This document shows, in pieces, positions 57,666 through 62,034 of a DNA stretch of 62,034 bases (the stretch's first letter is position 1; every line of letters begins with the position of its first letter). The position numbers and the translations under genes were made by a program. Source of the stretch: Acidobacteriota bacterium (lineage in GTDB: Bacteria; Acidobacteriota; Vicinamibacteria; Vicinamibacterales; UBA8438); the NCBI GenBank assembly GCA_022562495.1, contig JADFPE010000003.1, positions 1 to 62,034 of the forward strand, read 5' to 3'. The notes under the pieces are model-generated. The model worked only from the letters and a program-made list of their open reading frames with translations, was not told the DNA's origin and made no database searches.

Positions 57666-57818
57666 CGAGGCTCCGCCTCGTTCGCTGAGCTTTTTTCACA
57701 GCCCCGCTATGCGGGGATTAGACTCCGTGAACGGAAGCTATCGTGGTGAGAGCAAAAGAAACGCGACCGAAACTCGACGCAATTGTCACGAGACACGTTG
57801 TTCAAGGAGTCTAGTGAG

Positions 57819-58895
57819 ATGGTGACGAAAGACGAACGACCGGCCCCTGACACGGCCGACCGCGACGTGCCGGCAGACGACACGGACCGGCTCGCGCTGA
57901 TGCGCCGGCCCCGTCGGCTGCGCCGCACGGCGGGGATCCGCGCCCTGGTGCAGGAGACGCGGCTCTCGGCGGACATGCTCGTTTACCCCCTGTTCGTTTG
58001 TGACGGCACCGGTGTCCGGCGCGAGGTCGTGTCGATGCCGGGGGTCCACCAGCTGTCGGTCGACGAAGCGGTGCGAGAAACCCTCGCCGCGCGTGACGAC
58101 GGGGTGCGGGCGGTGCTGCTGTTCGGGCTGCCGGCGCACAAAGACGAGACCGGCTCGTCTGCCGCGGACCCCGCCGCACCGGTGCAGTCGGCGATCCGCG
58201 CGATCCGCGACCAGCTCGACGACGTGACGGTCATCACGGACGTGTGTCTGTGTGAATACACCTCACACGGGCACTGCGGCATTCTCGAGGGAGAACGGAT
58301 CCTCAACGACGTCACGGTCACTCATCTCGTCGCGACGGCGATCTCCCACGCCGAAGCGGGCGCGCACATCGTGGCACCTTCCGACATGATGGACGGCCGC
58401 GTCGGCGCGATCCGCCGCGGACTGGATGCGCGCGGGTTCGAGGAAGTCGCCATCATGTCGTATGCGGCGAAGTACTGCTCCGCCTTCTATGGGCCGTTCC
58501 GGGATGCAGTCGACTCGGCGCCGGCGTTCGGCGACCGGCGCACTCATCAGATGGACCCGGCCAACGTCGAGGAGGCTCTGCGTGAAGTGGAGCTCGACCT
58601 CGACGAGGGCGCGGACATCGTCATCGTCAAGCCGGCGATGCCGTATCTGGACGTGATCCGTCGGGTGAAGAGCACATTCCACCAGCCGACGGCCGGCTAT
58701 CAGGTGAGCGGCGAGTACGCGATGCTGAAGGCGGCGGGGCGTCTCGGGTGGATCGAGGAGTCGCGTGCCATGCTGGAAAGCCTGACCGCCATCCACCGGG
58801 CCGGAGCGGATATCATCATCACCTACTACGCGCGCGAGGCGGCGCGGGCCCTAGCAGGCGCTCCGAGTTCTCCCTCAGGGAGAGAGCCGGGGTGA
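57819..58895 (+). CDS. hemB: porphobilinogen synthase (delta-aminolevulinate dehydratase), Zn-type
   Basis: ATG after AAGGAG. RRPRRLRR, Cys-rich DVCLCEYTSHGHCG, catalytic Lys context VKPAMPYLD. Confidence 0.94.
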   Translation: MVTKDERPAPDTADRDVPADDTDRLALMRRPRRLRRTAGIRALVQETRLSADMLVYPLFVCDGTGVRREVVSMPGVHQLSVDEAVRETLAARDDGVRAVLLFGLPAHKDETGSSAADPAAPVQSAIRAIRDQLDDVTVITDVCLCEYTSHGHCGILEGERILNDVTVTHLVATAISHAEAGAHIVAPSDMMDGRVGAIRRGLDARGFEEVAIMSYAAKYCSAFYGPFRDAVDSAPAFGDRRTHQMDPANVEEALREVELDLDEGADIVIVKPAMPYLDVIRRVKSTFHQPTAGYQVSGEYAMLKAAGRLGWIEESRAMLESLTAIHRAGADIIITYYAREAARALAGAPSSPSGREPG

Positions 58896-59026
58896 GGGCC
58901 AAGGGCATGCTCGAACACGCTGATCGGCCATACCGCGGCGACGACGTCCAGTGACCCGGGGAAGCGTGACCTCCCCCGAGCCTGTCCTTGTCTGCACCGC
59001 CGCCCGCCGAGTGGGCTCCACCGGTG

Positions 59027-59506
59027 TCACTCGGCGGCGACGATCAGAATCATGTCGAGGGCCGTCTTGTCGGCCGGTAGCTCCGTCTCGCCTGCCGGGT
59101 AGTCGTTGGCGTCGAGCAGATACGCCACGACGTCGGTGTACTCCTCGTCGGTGAGGCGGCCGGGCCCATCCTCCGGCATCGACACCCTGATCCGCTCAAA
59201 CAGCGTTCCGACCGGCAACTCGGTCCAGAACACGATGAAGTCGCTGCCGGCGATGCTGGGCGCCATCTCGCCACCCTTCAGTTCGGGACCGTGACACGAC
59301 TCGCAGTTCTGGGTGTAGACTCGGCGCCCGCGGCGCGCCTGCGCGGCGGTGAACACCCCATCGAGCACGGTGCTGGTCGTCTCCTGCAGACCGGCCAGGG
59401 CTCCCTCTGCGGTCGCGGCCGCGGCGGCGCTCTCGGTTGCCAGTCCGCTCACCGACGCCCACGCCAGCACCAGCCCGACACACCCTGCGGTCAGCATTCT
59501 CTTCAT
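59027..59506 (-). CDS. c-type cytochrome (monohaem, secreted)
   Basis: Starts MKRMLTAG after GGAGAGGAGAG. Signal peptide, a single CESCH haem-binding motif, and a downstream Met candidate (SMPEDGPG). Confidence 0.85.
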   Translation of the reverse strand: MKRMLTAGCVGLVLAWASVSGLATESAAAAATAEGALAGLQETTSTVLDGVFTAAQARRGRRVYTQNCESCHGPELKGGEMAPSIAGSDFIVFWTELPVGTLFERIRVSMPEDGPGRLTDEEYTDVVAYLLDANDYPAGETELPADKTALDMILIVAAE

Positions 59507-59689
59507 CCGTTCTCTCCTCTCCATCAGCCGAACAGACAGCCGATCCACGTCGTTCCCGTGTCATTCTGGCATTCCGAATCGGACCCAATCAACCCGCCGA
59601 CACCTTGGCGGAGGCAGGCGCCAGCAAGAATCATGTCCCGGTGGCCCGAGGCTCCGCATGCGTGGACCCCATGATATCGTTCCACCCTG

Positions 59690-61042
59690 ATGAGTCCAGT
59701 CCACCGCGGTGCATCCCGCCGCCTGTTCATCGAGGCGAAACGAATCTTGCCCGGCGGCGTCGACAGCCCGGTCCGCGCGTTCTCGGCGGTAGGCGGCACG
59801 CCGCCGTTCATCCGGCGGGCGCGCGGCGCGCGAATACTGGACGAGGACGGTCGGTCCTACGTCGACTTCGTCATGTCCTGGGGTCCGCTCATTCACGGTC
59901 ATGCGCCGGCCGGACTGATCACGGCGCTCGCTGACGTGGCCGCCCGGGGCACGAGTTTCGGCGCACCGACCGCGCTCGAGGTCGACCTCGGGCTCGCCGT
60001 GCGCCGGCTGATGCCCTCGGTCGAGCGCGTCCGGTTCGTGAACTCCGGCACCGAAGCGACAATGAGCGCCCTGCGTGTGGCACGTGCCGCCAGCGGTCGC
60101 GACCGGGTCATCAAGTTCGCCGGGTGCTATCACGGTCACTGCGACGCTTTCCTCGTCCAGGCGGGCTCGGGAGCGACCACGCTCGGTGTGCCAACAAGCC
60201 CGGGCGTCTCGCGTGCCGTGGCGGCCGACACCCTGGTCGCCCACTATAACGACCTCGGCTCGGTCGACCGGCTCTTCCGGGCGCACCGGGCTCAGATAGC
60301 GGCCCTGATCGTCGAGCCGCTTGCGGGCAACATGGGGGTCGTGCCCCCCGCGGCCGGATTCTTGGAGGGTCTCAGAACGCTGTGCGACCGCCACGGGACC
60401 ATCCTGATCTTCGACGAGGTGATCTCCGGCTTCCGGGTCTCGCCCGGCGGCGCACAGGAACGGTTCGGGGTCAGGCCCGACTTGACCTGTCTGGGCAAGA
60501 TCATCGGCGGCGGGTTGCCGGTCGGCGCCTACGGCGGACGGACAGACCTCATGGAGCAGGTTGCGCCTGCGGGCCCGGTGTATCAAGCAGGAACACTCTC
60601 GGGCAACCCGCTCGCAATGACCGCCGGGCTCTGGGCGCTGTCGCAGCTCTCACCCGCCCTCTACGCACGTCTGGATCGACTGGGACAACGGCTGGCGACC
60701 GGGCTGGCCGATGCCGCCCGGCAGGCTGGACTCGACCTCCAGGTGAACGCCCACGGCTCGGTGCTCACACCGTTCTTCACCGCCAGTCCGGTGCGCGACT
60801 ACCAGAGTGCGACCCGGACTGACACCGCCGCCTATGCGCGGTTCTTCCGGGGCATGCTCACCCGCGGCATCTACCCGCCGCCCTCGCAGTTCGAGGCGTG
60901 GTTCCTGTCCGGGGCGCACACGACCCGTCACATCGACCTCGCGATCGAGGCCGCCCGGGCCACGATGCACGCGATGCGCCGACGGGCGAGAACGGCCCGG
61001 AAGAAGAGTGGAGCCAGGAGGCAGGAGACAGGAGACGCATGA
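59690..61042 (+). CDS. hemL: glutamate-1-semialdehyde 2,1-aminomutase
   Basis: GGVDSPVRAF, FVNSGTEATM, LIFDEVISGFR and LGKIIGGG (PLP Lys). The extra basic tail ends ...RRQETGDA, encoded by a heptad array. Confidence 0.95.
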   Translation: MSPVHRGASRRLFIEAKRILPGGVDSPVRAFSAVGGTPPFIRRARGARILDEDGRSYVDFVMSWGPLIHGHAPAGLITALADVAARGTSFGAPTALEVDLGLAVRRLMPSVERVRFVNSGTEATMSALRVARAASGRDRVIKFAGCYHGHCDAFLVQAGSGATTLGVPTSPGVSRAVAADTLVAHYNDLGSVDRLFRAHRAQIAALIVEPLAGNMGVVPPAAGFLEGLRTLCDRHGTILIFDEVISGFRVSPGGAQERFGVRPDLTCLGKIIGGGLPVGAYGGRTDLMEQVAPAGPVYQAGTLSGNPLAMTAGLWALSQLSPALYARLDRLGQRLATGLADAARQAGLDLQVNAHGSVLTPFFTASPVRDYQSATRTDTAAYARFFRGMLTRGIYPPPSQFEAWFLSGAHTTRHIDLAIEAARATMHAMRRRARTARKKSGARRQETGDA

Positions 61043-61169
61043 AGGCGTCGCCAGCGTCTGTGTCACAGCCCGCGGTGCCCGCCACCAAGAGGGAACGCGA
61101 ACAGGACTCCCGACACCTGCTGCAACCGTCCCGGTCGGTCCCGACGCCAGTGATATCATCCTGGTAGCC

Positions 61170-61335
61170 CTAGCAGCCCGTGGTGAAAGCCCCGCTGCAT
61201 TCGAACGGCGCTGCATCCCGGCTGGCGGCGTTGCTTCTCGGTCGAATACAAGCCGGTATTCTCCCTCGGCGCGCCTTGTCAGCCGGGCGCATCGCCGTAC
61301 TCGGTGCGACGCGGGGTTTCACCACGGACTGCTAG
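61170..61335 (+). repeat. family-A palindromic repeat (copy R, near-consensus)
   Basis: CTAGCAGCCCGTGGTGAAAGCCCCGC...GGCGTTGCTTCTCGGTCGAATACAAGCCGGTATTCTCCCTCGGCGCGCCTTGTCAGCCGGGCGC...GCGGGGTTTCACCACGGACTGCTAG. Confidence 0.85.
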
Positions 61336-61432
61336 CAGCCCGGGGGTGAAGGTCCCGCCGCATTTGGCTGGTGCTGCATCCGTCCCGACGGCGTTGTTCC
61401 TCGGTCGAACACTGCCGGCATGTTGCCCTGCG
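61332..61432 (+). repeat. family-A repeat, left half only (copy S), abutting copy R through a shared CTAG
   Basis: CTAGCAGCCCGGGGGTGAAGGTCCCGCCGCATTTGGCTGGTGCTGCATCCGTCCCGACGGCGTTGTTCCTCGGTCGAACACTGCCGGCATG, then unrelated sequence. Confidence 0.7.
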
Positions 61433-61456
61433 TATCGGCGAGAGTGTGCGAAATTG

Positions 61457-61726
61457 GTGAGCATCGTGATAGGAACACTCACCGCACAGATCGCCGATTG
61501 CGTCGACGATACCGGCAGGGTGGACAGTTGCGGTGCTGGGAACCAGGTGGGTTTCGCGCTGGGCGCGGCGGGGATCTATGCCGCGATCGGTACCGCCATC
61601 GATGCGTTGATCCAGGGGCGGACTACGCTTTACGAAGCCCCTGCTGCGAGTTCAGCACGTCAGGATCGATTCGAAGGACGCCCAAGCTCCGCAATCAGCG
61701 CCCTGAGCGCAACGTTCAGTTGGTAG
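61457..61726 (+). CDS. hypothetical small Gly/Ala-rich (glycine-zipper-like) protein
   Basis: GTG inside ORF 61304..61726, whose 5' part is repeat-derived. GFALGAAGIYAAIGTAIDALI segment. Weak evidence. Confidence 0.3.
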   Translation: MSIVIGTLTAQIADCVDDTGRVDSCGAGNQVGFALGAAGIYAAIGTAIDALIQGRTTLYEAPAASSARQDRFEGRPSSAISALSATFSW

Positions 61727-61847
61727 CGATCGCCTGCGAAAGCCGGCAATCGGTGGCGAAAGTCCCGCGTCGCACACGAGCCGAGACCGGTGTGGCTACG
61801 GCCCGGTCTGTACCGGCTGATCGACACCGACCCATTCATCGGTGGGG

Positions 61848-62019
61848 CCTTAGTGGTCCCGGTCATAATTACGGTACCGCACCGAGGGTGGCGAGGCGCC
61901 CGGCTGGCAAGGCGCGACGAGGGAGCAAATTGGGGGATTTGTGACCGAGGAGCAACGCCGTCCAGGCGGGATGCATCGCCAGCCGAATGCTACCGTAATT
62001 ATGACCGGGGCCACTTAGG
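61848..62019 (-). repeat. family-A palindromic repeat (copy T)
   Basis: The plus strand carries GGCGCCCGGCTGGCAAGGCGCGACGAGGGAGCAAAT...GTGACCGAGGAGCAACGCCGTCCAGGCGGGATGCATCGCCAGCCGAATGC. It is flanked by a ~29-bp copy-specific inverted repeat CCTTAGTGGTCCCGGTCATAATTACGGTA / TACCGTAATTATGACCGGGGCCACTTAGG. Confidence 0.85.
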
Positions 62020-62034
62020 AAGACCGGATGACAG

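Noticed and set aside
57690-57818. The AT-richer patch between cobA/hemD and hemB was considered as a possible small RNA gene.
   Set aside because: It has only two short hairpins (CGAGGC/GCCTCG, CCCCGC/GCGGGG) and no recognisable ncRNA signature. It is more simply a terminator/promoter region for hemB. Left unannotated.

Overview
High-GC window (about two-thirds G+C by eye; nt 1-~680 are much AT-richer). It is mostly core chromosome and is probably Acidobacteriota, because it carries two proteins with the 'VWFA-related Acidobacterial domain' architecture. Gene content in order: (1) a truncated Ser/Thr kinase plus small orphan ORFs; (2) rpoD, tRNA(CAT), a COG1579 zinc-ribbon protein and RNase H; (3) a complete dcw cluster on the minus strand, mraZ-rsmH-ftsL-ftsI-murE-murF-mraY-murD-ftsW-murG-murC-ftsQ-ftsA-ftsZ; (4) ychF and an epimerase; (5) an ECF sigma factor with a soluble ZAS-type anti-sigma domain fused to an Ogt/MGMT alkyltransferase; (6) murJ, a rhomboid protease, a cupin, a fused E1 alpha/beta dehydrogenase and a secreted propeller-like protein; (7) atpZ-atpI-atpB-atpE-atpF; (8) a nuo operon reading nuoA-C-D-H-J-K-L-M-N, with no nuoB, nuoE-G or nuoI; (9) two VWFA proteins; (10) a hem cluster, hemX-like-hemA-hemC-cobA/hemD-hemB ... 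hemL, interrupted by a c-type cytochrome. I saw no transposase, integrase, CRISPR array, rRNA or recognisable defence gene. The most unusual signal is non-coding. First, at least 15 copies of a ~90-230 bp imperfect-palindrome repeat fill intergenic spacers, including spacers inside the dcw and nuo operons. The internal core is conserved, but the outer arms differ between copies and remain self-complementary within each copy. Second, a family of heptanucleotide (CAGNAGN)n arrays occurs as inverted pairs at gene 3' ends. Both families contribute stop codons and C-terminal codons to neighbouring genes. The ECF sigma / ZAS-MGMT pair and the nuo operon lacking its Fe-S subunits are the most interesting protein-level observations. 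All coordinates for repeats and motifs were counted by hand and may be off by 1-3 nt.
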